Origin: Flavobacteriales bacterium
GTDB taxonomy: Bacteria; Bacteroidota; Bacteroidia; Flavobacteriales_F; PHOS-HE28
DNA: 64,000 bases
Direction of reading: 5' to 3'
NCBI GenBank assembly: GCA_016712025.1
Contig: JADJRW010000012.1
Location: 95,941-159,940, forward strand
The translations under genes were made by a program, and so were the position numbers. The notes beneath the pieces were generated by a model. That model was given only the letters and a program-made list of their open reading frames with translations, had not been told where the DNA came from and made no database searches. Positions 1 to 11,524 of the stretch are shown piece after piece (the stretch's first letter is position 1; every line of letters begins with the position of its first letter).

Positions 1-34
1 TCTCGGCATCTAACGCGAACAAGCTTTCACGAGC

Positions 35-73
35 GAAGCCCTCGGCATGTTGCCGGGGGCTTCGTCGTTTTTT
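35..73 (+). terminator. Rho-independent terminator-like hairpin
   Basis: gaagccctcggca-tgt-tgccgggggcttc, a 13-bp stem with one G-T wobble, followed by gtcgtttttt. Confidence 0.75.
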
Positions 74-516
74 CGATGCATCAGGCATCACGTGGAGGGG
101 TGGGGGGATTTGTGGTTCGCGTTCCTCATCGCGAGCGCTTGCTCTGCAGGTGCTCCGGGTCGAAGTGATATGGTCGGGACATTCACCGCACCCGGGAACG
201 TAAACCGCTTGGATACGCTTGTACTCGATGGCAGTGGTAGAGGTACACCAGAACGTTGCACAGAAGCAACGGTACTTTCATCTAGGGGCGTTCCAGTGGT
301 TGGACCTTCGGTGAGGAACGGATCCTCCTGAAGGACTTTCTCGTCGTTGAGGATGACGCGTGCGCGGTCAGAGACCAAGTTGACCTGTCGCTCTTTGAAA
401 TGGACTGTTCATTCCCAGTGCGGATGCATGATGGAAGCCCCGGTTTCTTTGATCCGGATGAACGCGGTGTGGATCACTACGTCAAACTACACTGAGGACC
501 GCGCTTGCGCCAACAA

Positions 517-542
517 GAAAGCCCGGCGATGGCCGGGCTTTC
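517..542 (-). terminator. Terminator-like hairpin downstream of the minus-strand outer-membrane protein gene
   Basis: Perfect 11-bp inverted repeat gaaagcccggc/gccgggctttc just beyond the 562..1536 stop codon. The minus-strand 3' side is T-rich. Confidence 0.6.
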
Positions 543-561
543 GGAAAGGGGAGGAGGACCC

Positions 562-1536
562 TTAGAAGATGATCTTCTGCCTGCGAATGCGACTGCGGTA
601 CTTCTTGCTGCCGCTCTTGTACTTGTAGTTCTTGTGGTGCACCTGGATCTTCAGGAAGAGGTAGGCGTCCTTGTCGCTGGCATCGCCGCGCTGCTGGCCG
701 GCGCTGGTGGTGAACTCGCTGATGCCCGGTCCTGCACCGATGCTGGGATCGGCCATGTAGGCGCCTACCGGGCCGCTCTCCGCCGCGATGGCCGTGTTGT
801 CGTAGTACACGGTGCTCACATCGTCCAGATAGTCGGTCATCGTCATCGAATACTGCAACTCGATGCCCAGGCTCCACTGCTTGTTGATGGCCTTGCGAAT
901 GCCGAAGCCCATCGGCACGCAAAAGCTCAAATTGCTGTATTCCTGCGCGCCGCCCGGCATCCCTTGCCCTTCGGTATGCAGTGGCTGCAAGCGCACCCAG
1001 CTGTTGTTGAACTTGCCCTTGGGGTCGAAGTAGAAACCGCCGATGCCAACGAAGCCATAGAAGCCGATGCGCGACGCTTTTTGGCCTTTCACGCCACGTA
1101 GGTCATAGACGTGGCCGAGCTCTTCCCGGAAGAAGTGCAGTTCAAGCACGGAGCTCAACTCGAACACATCGCTTCGGAAGTTCAGGTTGCGGTTCCGTCG
1201 GAACTTCTCTTGGGTCAGGTTGTCATTCCCGGCCAGGATGCCGTAGGTGAGCGAGGTGCGCACCGCCATGCGCTCGAAGATGTGGTAGCGCCAGCCCAGG
1301 CTCACCGAAGGACGGGTCTGGCTGAACTCCAGGTCCCAGAGGAAGGAAGTGCCGATCTGGTCACGACCGCCGAGCTCGCCCAGGAAGTTGGCGATACCGA
1401 TCCCGAACGTGATCTCGTTGCGGTGCGTCTTCCAGTAGTTCGACTTGCGGAAATATTGGGCGTGCAGTGGTGCGGCCGCCATGCAACAGAAGAGGAGAAA
1501 TGCCCAGAATGTGCGGAGAGTGGAGGGTCCCTTCAT
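562..1536 (-). CDS. Outer-membrane beta-barrel protein (DUF6089-like, Bacteroidota)
   Basis: The ORF contains MKGPSTLRTFWAFLLFCCMAAAPLHAQ (signal peptide) followed by NEITFGIGIANFLGELGGRDQIGTSFLWDLEF. The start was moved from 1626 to the Met preceding the signal peptide. Confidence 0.65.
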   Translation of the reverse strand: MKGPSTLRTFWAFLLFCCMAAAPLHAQYFRKSNYWKTHRNEITFGIGIANFLGELGGRDQIGTSFLWDLEFSQTRPSVSLGWRYHIFERMAVRTSLTYGILAGNDNLTQEKFRRNRNLNFRSDVFELSSVLELHFFREELGHVYDLRGVKGQKASRIGFYGFVGIGGFYFDPKGKFNNSWVRLQPLHTEGQGMPGGAQEYSNLSFCVPMGFGIRKAINKQWSLGIELQYSMTMTDYLDDVSTVYYDNTAIAAESGPVGAYMADPSIGAGPGISEFTTSAGQQRGDASDKDAYLFLKIQVHHKNYKYKSGSKKYRSRIRRQKIIF

Positions 1537-1680
1537 GCAGCGATGCACCGTTCTTCCCAAAGGTATCCGTTCGGTCGGAAAAACACGTCTTGATGGTTCG
1601 GTTCCTATCCTCATAGACCTGTTCACCGTCGAACGGTTGCCTTCATACGGGCAGAACGCTTGTGGGTTCCCCCCCTCGGA

Positions 1681-2214
1681 TCACCGTCCTGCCAACCACC
1701 ATAGCACTATGCCGGCGCACACGCTCACGTTGAGCGAGTGCTTGGAACCATGTTGTGGGATCATCAGGCAACCATCGCAAGCGGCGATCACCGCCTCGCT
1801 CACACCGTTCAGCTCATTGCCGAAGACCAAGGCCAGCGGCCAATCCACAGGTCGTGCTACCTCTTCGAGCGGCCTAGCGTGAAGGGTTTGCTCCACAGCG
1901 AGCACCATGTATCCAGCGTCCTTCAGGGCATGAATGGCTTTCAGCGCGTCAGGTGCGTGGCTCCAGGGAACACTTTGGGTGGCTCCCAGTGCGGTCTTTT
2001 CGATCTCGCGGTGTGGCGGCACCGGGGTGAACCCGCACAATACGATGCCTTCTATACCGAATGCGTCCGACGTTCGGAAAATGGATCCCACATTGTGGCG
2101 GCTACGTACATCTTCCAGCACGACGCGGACCCGCCTTCTCGACGATGGTCCGTACTCCAACGTACTTACCCGGCCAAGCTCTTCCATGGACAGTTTTCGG
2201 TCGTCAGCGGGCAT
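1681..2214 (-). CDS. TrmH/SpoU-family RNA 2'-O-methyltransferase
   Basis: SPOUT motifs: VRSRHNVGSIFRTSDAFGIEGIVLCGFTPVPPH, LALVFGNELNGVS and IPQHGSKHSLNVSVCAGIVLW. Confidence 0.85.
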   Translation of the reverse strand: MPADDRKLSMEELGRVSTLEYGPSSRRRVRVVLEDVRSRHNVGSIFRTSDAFGIEGIVLCGFTPVPPHREIEKTALGATQSVPWSHAPDALKAIHALKDAGYMVLAVEQTLHARPLEEVARPVDWPLALVFGNELNGVSEAVIAACDGCLMIPQHGSKHSLNVSVCAGIVLWWLAGR

Positions 2215-2315
2215 GGGGAGAAGGTGTGGAAAAAGGAGGGGGATGGGGAGGGATCGGCCGCAGGGTGCGGCTTACCTTTCCAGGCTGGCGAAAATAGGAC
2301 GGCCGGCAAGGGAAG

Positions 2316-4960
2316 ATGGCCAAACCCGCACGGAGCGAAACACCGTTGATGCAACAGTATCAGCGGATCAAGGGGCAATACCCGGATGCCCTGCTGCTGT
2401 TCCGCGTGGGCGACTTCTACGAGACCTTTGCCGAGGATGCGGTTCGGACCGCGCGGATCTTGGGCATCACCCTTACCAAGCGCAACAACGGCGCTGCCGG
2501 TGAAGTAGCCTTGGCCGGGTTCCCTTACCATGCCCTGGATACCTACCTGCCCAAATTGGTCCGTGCGGGGCATCGGGTGGCAGTGTGTGATCAACTGGAG
2601 GATCCCAAGCTGGCCAAGACCATCGTGGAGCGTGGCGTTACCGAAGTGGTTACGCCTGGGGTATCATTCAGCGATCGGGTGGTGGACCACCGGCATAACA
2701 ACTGGCTCGCCGCGATCTGTTCCAGGGCGGGGCGTTACGGTCTCGCCTTTCTGGATGTCACCACCGGGGAGTTCCTTGTAGGCGAGGAAGGACCGGAAGG
2801 CGTGGCGCAGTGGATCGAGGGCTTCGGTCCCAGCGAGTTGCTGCACGCCAAGACGGAGTTGGATCCCCTGATAACCGGCCTCGTGAACGCACAGTATGCC
2901 TATGGGCTGGAGGAATGGGTCTTCACCGATGATCTTGCGCGGGAACGATTGCTCCGGCAGTTCGGCACAGCGAGTCTGAAAGGGTTCGGCATCGAGGAGC
3001 TTCCACTGGGTCAATGTGCTGCTGGTGCCGTGCTGCACTATTTGGGGGATACGCGCCACGAGCGCCTCGCCCACATCACGTGCATCGCGCGGTTGCAACC
3101 CAAGGCGCATTTGGGCTTGGACCGCTTCACTCTGCGCAACCTCGAAGTGGTGGCACCGGTGAGCGAAGGTGCCCGCACTTTGTTGGAAGTGCTGGATCAT
3201 TGCGCCACACCCATGGGTGCGCGGGCGCTGCGGCGCTGGCTCACCTTCCCACTTGTGGACCGCGCGGCGATCGATCGGCGCTTGGACGTGGTCGCGGCGT
3301 TCGTGCGTGAGAGTGCGCAGGTTGATGCGTTGAGCCCCCACCTCGCAGCGATCGGCGATCTGGAGCGCCTTGCCGGCAAGGCGGCGGCCGGCCGGGTCAA
3401 TCCTCGGGAATTGCAGCAGGTGCGCGCCGCCTTGGAAGCGGCCGAACGGATCGCGGATGGGCTGCGGCCCGGGGATGGGGCGCTTTCCGCACTGGCCGAA
3501 GGGGTGCGTTCCGATCAAGTATTGGCAGCGGCCATCGCGCGCACCCTTGCAACGGACCCCCCGGTACAGATCCAGAAAGGGGGCGTTATTCTGCCGGGTG
3601 TCTCAGCGGAGCTGGATGAGGTCCGCCATGTCGCGAGCCATGCGAAGGACCTGTTGCTGGAGGCGCAGCAACGGGAGATCGAGCGCACCGGGATCCCTTC
3701 TTTGAAAGTCGGGTACAACAGCGTTTTTGGCTACTACTTGGAGGTGCGTAACACGCACAAGGGCAAGGTGCCTGCGGAATGGGTGCGAAAGCAGACCCTG
3801 GTCGGCGCGGAGCGATACATCACCGAGGAACTGAAGGCTCTGGAGGAGCGCATTCTGGGTGCCGAGGAAAGGATCCTCGGGCTGGAGCAGGAGCTTTTCG
3901 CCGGTCTGGTGCAGCAGGTCTGCGAGCGTATCGCGAGGGTTCAAGCCACCGCAGCGGCGATCGCCGAACTGGACGTATTGCGAAGCTTCGCGATCAACGC
4001 GTTGCGTTGGGGATACGTGCGTCCCATTTTCGATGAAGGCCATGCGATCGAACTGCGCGATGCACGGCACCCGGTGATCGAGCAGCGGTTGCCGCCGGGC
4101 GAACCGTATGTGGCCAACGACCTGCTCTTGGATCCCGATGAGCGCCAGCTTGTGATGATCACCGGCCCGAACATGAGCGGCAAATCCGCGCTACTTCGAC
4201 AGACAGCCCTCATCGTGCTCATGGCCCAAGCGGGGAGCTTCGTGCCGGCCACTGCCGCCCGGATAGGGGTGGTGGACCGCATCTTTACCCGGGTGGGCGC
4301 GTCGGACAACCTGAGCACAGGTGAGAGCACCTTCATGGTGGAGATGAACGAGACCGCCAGCATCCTGAACAACTTGAGCGCGCGGAGCCTGGTGGTGCTT
4401 GACGAGATCGGACGGGGCACCAGCACTTACGATGGTATCTCCATCGCCTGGGCCATCGCAGAACACCTGCATGAACACGCGGGTCGGCCGCGCACGCTCT
4501 TCGCCACGCACTACCATGAACTGAATGAAATGGCGGCCACCTTCCCCCGTATCCGCAACGCGAACGTGGCGGTGCGCGAGGTGGATGGCCGCGTGCTGTT
4601 CTTGCGCAAGTTGATGCCAGGGGCAGCGACCGCAGCTTCGGGATCCATGTGGCCCGTATGGCCGGCATGCCGCGCAGCGTGGTGGAGCGGGCCGAGAAGG
4701 TGCTGGCCCACCTGGAGCAAAGCCACGCTGGCGACTTGGGCGAAGAAACCCTGCCAAAGGCACAACGAGCTTCTACCACAGGGCTCGGCCGGGAGCCCCA
4801 ACTCAGCATTTTTCAGTTGGACGATCCAGCCCTGGAAGGCATCCGGGAGCAACTGGAGCGTATCGATATCGACACCCTCACTCCGGTGGAAGCCCTGATG
4901 AAGCTCAACGAGATCAAGCGGATGGTCGCTGGTCGGGAGCCCGCATTGCGCAAGGCCTGA
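2316..4960 (+). CDS. mutS: DNA mismatch repair protein MutS (frameshifted near the C-terminus)
   Basis: Classic MutS N-terminus ([30 protein letters not shown]) and Walker [16 protein letters not shown]. The last ~100 aa continue in another frame ([19 protein letters not shown]...[24 protein letters not shown] 4649..4960). Confidence 0.95.
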
Positions 4961-4968
4961 AAACCCCG

Positions 4969-4998
4969 TTGCCAGAACCGGGCACGCTGCTATATTTG
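4969..4998 (+). promoter_or_regulatory. Bacteroidetes-type promoter for tRNA-Gly
   Basis: TTG-N19-TATATTTG matches the Bacteroidetes -33/-7 consensus (TTTG/TAnnTTTG). The tRNA starts at 5010. Confidence 0.7.
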
Positions 4999-5009
4999 CA
5001 GCCTCTTAA

Positions 5010-5085
<76 letters not shown>

Positions 5086-5166
5086 GGATGCCTCCCCCAA
5101 GGAGGCATCGCTATTTTCGGACGTTCTTGGCCGCCTTCGTCCGCCACCGGACTTTGGCGAGCCACT

Positions 5167-5254
5167 GCCCGGGTGGTGGAATGGTATACACGAGGGACTT
5201 AAAATCCCTTGGTCCGCAAGGGCCTTGCGGGTTCGAGTCCCGCCCCGGGCACCA
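5167..5254 (+). tRNA. tRNA-Leu (anticodon UAA)
   Basis: 88-nt class II tRNA. Anticodon stem-loop aggga-ctTAAaa-tccct, long variable arm tggtccgcaagggcct, T-arm gcgggttcgagtcccgc, encoded CCA. Confidence 0.95.
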
Positions 5255-5320
5255 CGTTGTTGGTCGTTCTAAGATCAAGAGCCCTTGAACTTGAAAGAGC
5301 AAGGCCTTCCCTTCAGGTGA

Positions 5321-6187
5321 TCGCACCGGATCGCGCCCACCCCAAGCGGCTACCTGCACGCCGGGAACGCGGTGAATTTTCTGATAACCGAACACCTAGC
5401 GCGCGAGGTTGGAGCGACAGTGCGCCTGCGCATCGACGATCTGGATGCCGAGCGTGCGCGGCCGGAGTACCTGGAGGACATCTTCGGAACCCTGGCCTGG
5501 TTGGGGATCGATCCGGAAGAAGGGCCGCACGATCCCGAGGAACACCACCGAACCTGGTCACAGCGATTTCGCTTGCCGCGCTACCACGTACTGGCCGATG
5601 CCCTGCGCGCAGGGGGGCATCTCTACGGCTGCACTTGCTCGCGTCGTGATCGCACGTTGCTTCGACAGAACGAACGACCCATCTGTGCTTGCCGCGATCG
5701 ATCTTCAGGGCTGGATGATCCCCAAGCCACCTGGCGCTTGCGTGTTCCGGAGCATTGCCCGGTTCAGGTGCGGTCCATGTTCGGTGTGCAAGTGATCGCG
5801 GATCTTTATGATTTGATGCCGGATCCCGTGGTGCGGCAGCGCTCTGTTGCCCCGACGATCGGACGACCAGCGTATCAGTTGGCCTCGCTGGCCGATGATA
5901 TGGATCATGGCACCACCTTCATCGTGCGCGGACAGGACCTATGGCCTTCCACCGTTTGCCAGGTCTATCTGGCTGGGCTCCTCGGCATGCGCACCTTCCA
6001 ACAAGTGCGTTTCATGCATCACCCTTTGCTATTGGACGCTGCCGGAGAGAAGCTCTCCAAATCGGAGGGCGCGCTTTCGATCCGTGCGCTGCGCGAGCGG
6101 GGATCGGGCCCGGAAGAACTGCGCGCGATGGCCGATGTCATGCTCGCACGGATCCGAGCGGATGCACGCGGTGACCGTACCGATTGA
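5321..6187 (+). CDS. Glutamyl-Q tRNA(Asp) synthetase-like / truncated glutamyl-tRNA synthetase-like protein
   Basis: HRIAPTPSGYLHAGNAVNFLITEHLAR contains the class I HIGH-like motif. Later motifs are VRLRIDDLDAERARPEY, the Cys-rich YGCTCSRR..CAC and a KMSKS-like GEKLSKSEG. The N-terminus has no ATG and is abutted by an in-frame TGA at 5318-5320. Confidence 0.75.
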   Translation, partial: SHRIAPTPSGYLHAGNAVNFLITEHLAREVGATVRLRIDDLDAERARPEYLEDIFGTLAWLGIDPEEGPHDPEEHHRTWSQRFRLPRYHVLADALRAGGHLYGCTCSRRDRTLLRQNERPICACRDRSSGLDDPQATWRLRVPEHCPVQVRSMFGVQVIADLYDLMPDPVVRQRSVAPTIGRPAYQLASLADDMDHGTTFIVRGQDLWPSTVCQVYLAGLLGMRTFQQVRFMHHPLLLDAAGEKLSKSEGALSIRALRERGSGPEELRAMADVMLARIRADARGDRTD

Positions 6188-7051
6188 TCACGCCCGCAAC
6201 GCAGCGGGCTGCAAACGGATCACCCTTAGCGCGTGCAACACACGGATGATGGGCCAGGTGGGATCGAACTCCCACCATTTGATCGCGAAGTTGGCGCGTG
6301 CGCTGTTCGCGTGGTGGTTGTTGTGCAGGCCTTCGCCCATCACCACCAATTCCACGGGAAGCATGTTGCGGCTCGTATCCTTCACCTCGTAGTTGCGGTA
6401 CCCATACTTGTGCGCGTACCAGTTGATGATGGCGCCGTGCAGCGGACCCATCACGAAGTGCAACGGTAGAAGAAGGAACCACCAGTACGATGGAGCGAAC
6501 GCGATGTAGAAGGCGGTGTACAGCGCCATCCATGCGATCCGCGCGGGCCAGGTATCCGCGAAGTTCTCCATGGCGGGCCAGCTGGGCACGCCCTTCGTGA
6601 ACCGTTCCTCCAGATCCATCTTGCGGTAGAAGATATTGTGGTACACGGTTTTGGTGCGCCACATCATGCTGAACAAACTGGGGTCGTACTTGGGCGAATG
6701 CGGATCGTTCTCGGTATCGGCATAGGCGTGGTGCAGGCGATGCAACACCCCGTAAGCGTAGGGGCTCAGGTAACTGCTGCCTTGGGCGATGAAGGTCAGC
6801 ACATGGAACACCTTTTCCCAGAACGGGCTCATGGTGAACATGCCATGCGCCGCGTAACGGTGCAGGTAGAAGGTCTGCACGAACAGGCTCAGATACCAGT
6901 GCAGGACGAAGAAGATGAGGATGGCGGTCATGATCGGGAGCGCCGTAAATGTTGTGGGCGCGAAATTACGCAGGGTGGTTTCCATGCGCGGTCCTCGGTT
7001 CACAAGAACAGTACCTCCTTCCAGATAGCGGCCAATCTGGCCCAGGTCCAC
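6188..7051 (-). CDS. Acyl-CoA (stearoyl-type) fatty acid desaturase
   Basis: Histidine boxes HRYAAH, HRLHHAYADTENDPHSP and HNNHHANSARAN, plus several TM segments. Confidence 0.88.
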   Translation of the reverse strand: MDLGQIGRYLEGGTVLVNRGPRMETTLRNFAPTTFTALPIMTAILIFFVLHWYLSLFVQTFYLHRYAAHGMFTMSPFWEKVFHVLTFIAQGSSYLSPYAYGVLHRLHHAYADTENDPHSPKYDPSLFSMMWRTKTVYHNIFYRKMDLEERFTKGVPSWPAMENFADTWPARIAWMALYTAFYIAFAPSYWWFLLLPLHFVMGPLHGAIINWYAHKYGYRNYEVKDTSRNMLPVELVVMGEGLHNNHHANSARANFAIKWWEFDPTWPIIRVLHALRVIRLQPAALRA

Positions 7052-8261
7052 TCAGGACCGTCCCACGGCGCGGCATACAGCGTTGACATGCGCAGGTTGA
7101 GGTACACCAGAAAGGCAGCCATGGCGAAGGCCCCGATGCGGATCGGTGCGCGCGCATGGATCACTCGAGCGAGGAACAGCGCAAGGGGCAACGCAAAGAG
7201 TGCAAGATGGTCCACGAACCCACGGAACCCGTATGCCGCGCCCAACCACCAAGCCCACCAAGAGGCGTACACATACCAACTGATCACCATAGCATGAGCA
7301 CCGTGCGGGCGCCGGATCCTTGCGCACGGCACTGGATCACCAACGCGATCAGCGCGAACGCCATCAGAGGTGTATAGATCAGCCAGCCGTTCTGGTGGCT
7401 GACAAGGACATCCCAGAGGTGCGGGGCGCTCCAGTCGAAGCCCTCGCCTTTGGTGCCATAAGTGAACAGCAGCCACCGCCCGGTGATCATCTTCCAGTAG
7501 AGCAACTGGGGAATGAAGAACAACGCGGCGATGCCCATACCCAGCGCTGTTGCCCACGGCTTTCGCCACCACCACCGTAGGCGCTCCATGATCTCCTCCG
7601 TATTGCGCGTGCGCCACAGTAGCGGCACCAGAACGAACACCGCGTGCAATGGCCGCACAAGGATGAGCACTGCACCAACGGTGCATAGAAGGAGGTGGCC
7701 GCGAGCGGTCCAATGCGTTCGTTGCTCTTCGGTGATCAGAAGCAAGCAAGCGCCAAGCGCGAACGCGTAAGCATGTGACATGCCCGGTTCGTAGACGGCA
7801 TAGTAAAAAAGGTTGGTGGCGAAGACGAGGAGCAGCACAGCGAGCAATGCGGCAACCCCGTCAGTGGAGCGGAGCAGCACGCGCAACATGGCCTGCGCAC
7901 CGAGCGCGACATAGATCGCTGTGCCTAGGAACTGGGCCAAGGCATAGGGAGCCGAGTACCCATCCCGTGCAGTACCGACCACCCAGGCGCACAAATGACC
8001 GAGCAGGAAGAACGGGAGTTGCAGCAAAGCCACGCCGATCGTGAAGAGGCTGAGGCGCGAACCATCTTCAAGCACATGCACCCAAGGCAGGCCCCGCAGA
8101 TCACCAGCGAGGAAGGCCGCGGGAAGGAATTGGTAGTAGCCCAAACTGTCCGTGCGGATGCTGAGGAAGATGTCCAGCCGCTCACGATGCACCAGCCACG
8201 CGGTGGCGAAGAGCAGGACCCCGATCGCGGGCGCCAAAAAGTGAAGACGCGAACCGTTCAT
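7000..8261 (-). CDS. Integral membrane protein, possible glycosyltransferase-like (frameshifted)
   Basis: Many hydrophobic helices. ORF 7284..8261 ends at ...GARTVLMLW, and the C-terminus continues in the 7000..7749 frame (MVISWYVYASWWAWWLGAAYGFRGFVDHLALFALPLALFLA). Confidence 0.5.
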
Positions 8262-8728
8262 GGGCGGGTGCGGGGCACTTCAGGAAGTAGGGCATGGTCC
8301 GGCGATGGCAGAAGTTCCTGCTCAAGAACCACTGGGATGCCGAGCACACCGTCGTGAATGCGGTAGCGGATCTCGCTCGCGTACCACACCTCGCCCTCGC
8401 GGGGCGCCATGCGCATGCGGCTTGGGAAATCCGCATAGGCGCCGTTCTCAAGATGTAGCAACAACCCGCTGAACTCGGCTCTCCGCTCAATGCCTAGGAT
8501 GCGGTGCCGCTCCTCATGCACTGTCCCGAACATGCGGTTGCCTGCCAGCAGGAGCATCACCGCAAGCGGAAGCACCCCGAAGAGACCGATCATCGCCGAA
8601 GCCCAAGGGCCGAACTTGTACTTGCGATCCAGAAGGAGGAGAACGAAAGCGGTGATCCCCACGATCGCACCGATCATCCGCAGCCAACCGTCCACGGTGA
8701 GCAAGGTGGGGAGCGCCAGGATGTACAC
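8258..8728 (-). CDS. Small membrane protein of unknown function
   Basis: 156-aa ORF with N-terminal TM helices and compact spacing to the next minus-strand gene. Confidence 0.45.
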   Translation of the reverse strand: MYILALPTLLTVDGWLRMIGAIVGITAFVLLLLDRKYKFGPWASAMIGLFGVLPLAVMLLLAGNRMFGTVHEERHRILGIERRAEFSGLLLHLENGAYADFPSRMRMAPREGEVWYASEIRYRIHDGVLGIPVVLEQELLPSPDHALLPEVPRTRP

Positions 8729-8930
8729 CGCGCCCAGGCAGAGGAACCAGATGGGGACCAGCCAACTCCAATGGAACCGATCGAAAGGACCTTGTTCCGG
8801 CGCCGGTCGCTTTGTGACCGATACGGCCGGAAGGACGTCGGGTGGGAAGCATGGTCGCGATGGAGACCAATGTAACCAACGCAGGAAATGATGGAACGTA
8901 GCTGCGGTCTTGCGCCGCTCGGAACAAGGA

Positions 8931-10058
<1,128 letters not shown>

Positions 10059-10095
10059 CGGGAGTGTCGACCTGATGGGTTGACGCTAAAACGGT

Positions 10096-10755
10096 TCATT
10101 CGCCTACCACCACTTTGGCGTAGCGTATCACTCGGTCGTGCAGGGTGTAGCCTTGTTCCACGACATCGATCACCTTGCCCTTCAGGTCATTGTTGGGCGC
10201 GGGAGCCTTGGTGATGGCCTCGTGCCGATCGGTATCGAAGGGTTGGCCCGTGGCATCTTGGAGCGGTTTCACACCCTGGCTGCCGAGGATATGTAGCAGT
10301 TTGGTATGGATCAAGTGAAAGCCCTCCTTCACCACGGCGATGTCCTTGGTCTTGGCGTTGTTGGTAATGGCGCGCTCCATATCGTCCACCACGGGTATCA
10401 CGTTGCGCAGCACGTTCTCGCCAGCGAACTGGATCAACTCGAGCCGCTCTTTGGCGGTGCGCTTGCGGAAGTTGTCGAACTCGGCGTTCAGGCGGAGCCA
10501 GCGGTCCTTCAACTCGGCCGCTTCGGCGCGGCTGGCATCCAGCTGGCCTTGCAGCTCGGCGATGTCTTCGCGGCCTTGGGCATCTGCATCGTGCATCACA
10601 TGCTCGGCCGCAGCCTCGCTCGCCATGGACAGCGGATTGTCGCGGTCCTCGTTCTGCGTACCAGACATTGCCGGATCGGCAGTGGGCTGGGCATCGGTAC
10701 TGCCGTTGGGTCGTTCCGACATGGGTTTCTTGGACTTTTTGAAGAGCGCGCTCAT
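10096..10755 (-). CDS. grpE: Nucleotide exchange factor GrpE
   Basis: LNAEFDNFRKRTAKERLELIQFAGENVLRNVIPVVDDMERAI and GQPFDTDRHEAI. It lies immediately upstream of dnaJ. Confidence 0.95.
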   Translation of the reverse strand: MSALFKKSKKPMSERPNGSTDAQPTADPAMSGTQNEDRDNPLSMASEAAAEHVMHDADAQGREDIAELQGQLDASRAEAAELKDRWLRLNAEFDNFRKRTAKERLELIQFAGENVLRNVIPVVDDMERAITNNAKTKDIAVVKEGFHLIHTKLLHILGSQGVKPLQDATGQPFDTDRHEAITKAPAPNNDLKGKVIDVVEQGYTLHDRVIRYAKVVVGE

Positions 10756-10847
10756 GGGTCAAGCCGTGTGCCAGTGCCTTGGTTTGGATCGGGGCGCGAA
10801 GGTCGGGGACTTTTTGGCAGGCGAGGGAGGGGGACGAACAAGAGAAA

Positions 10848-10868
10848 AGCCCTGCCAAGCAGGGCCTT
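10848..10868 (-). terminator. Terminator-like hairpin downstream of the TlpA-like gene
   Basis: gccctgc-caa-gcagggc inverted repeat. On the minus strand it is followed by ttttctct. Confidence 0.65.
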
Positions 10869-10892
10869 CCTGGAAAGCACTTGCGTGGACGA

Positions 10893-11388
10893 TCAAAGGC
10901 TCTTCACATGCTTGTCCAATTCCTGGTGCAAGGCCATCCCGCGCAGGTTCTTCGCTATGATGATGCCGTTCGGGTCGATCAGAAAGCTCATCGGTATACC
11001 CGATACACCGTAGAGACGGGATGCTTCGGAAGACCAGTACTTCAGGTCGCTCACGTGGTATTTCCAGGTGAGTTTATCCTGTTCGATCGCCTTCTTCCAC
11101 GAGTCGCGGCTCTTGTCCAAGCTCACGCTGAACACCTCAAAGCCTTTGCCCTCCTTGTACCCAAAAATCGATGAGCACGTACTTGCCGCGTAGCTCCGAA
11201 AGCTTGAGCACCTTGGTGCTGTCCGCGTTCATATAGGCCAGTTCCGGGGCTTGTTCGCCTATGTTGGTGCCGATCTTGACACCGTCGGCCGGTGCAGTGG
11301 TGCGTTCGGTGAAGCCATAGATAGCCAACACGGCTACAGCGGAGAGGATGACAATGCGCAGCTTGGTCATGGCGGTGCGGAAGTTCAT
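10893..11388 (-). pseudogene. TlpA/thioredoxin-like protein with disrupted reading frame and missing active-site segment
   Basis: First half: TNIGEQAPELAYMNADSTKVLKLSELRGKYVLIDFW. Second half: YKEGKGFEVFSVSLDKSRDSWKKAIEQDKLTWKYHVSDL...YGVSGIPMSFLIDPNGIIIAKNLRG. The WCxxC-containing stretch between them is absent. Confidence 0.7.
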
Positions 11389-11524
11389 GGTGCGAAGGTA
11401 GGAAGGTGCCCTTAGGTAGGCGTCGCCCCTAAGCCAAGATCATGCCGGGAAAGGGGAAGCCAAGCCCAGGAGCAAGGGCAGGGGCAATTGCCTATTGCCT
11501 CTGACCCTAGCCCTAACCTAAGGA

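Noticed and set aside
1-516. ORFs 47..331, 88..378 and 347..565
   Set aside because: Short, mutually overlapping on both strands, no recognisable family. The region looks intergenic, bounded by terminator-like hairpins.
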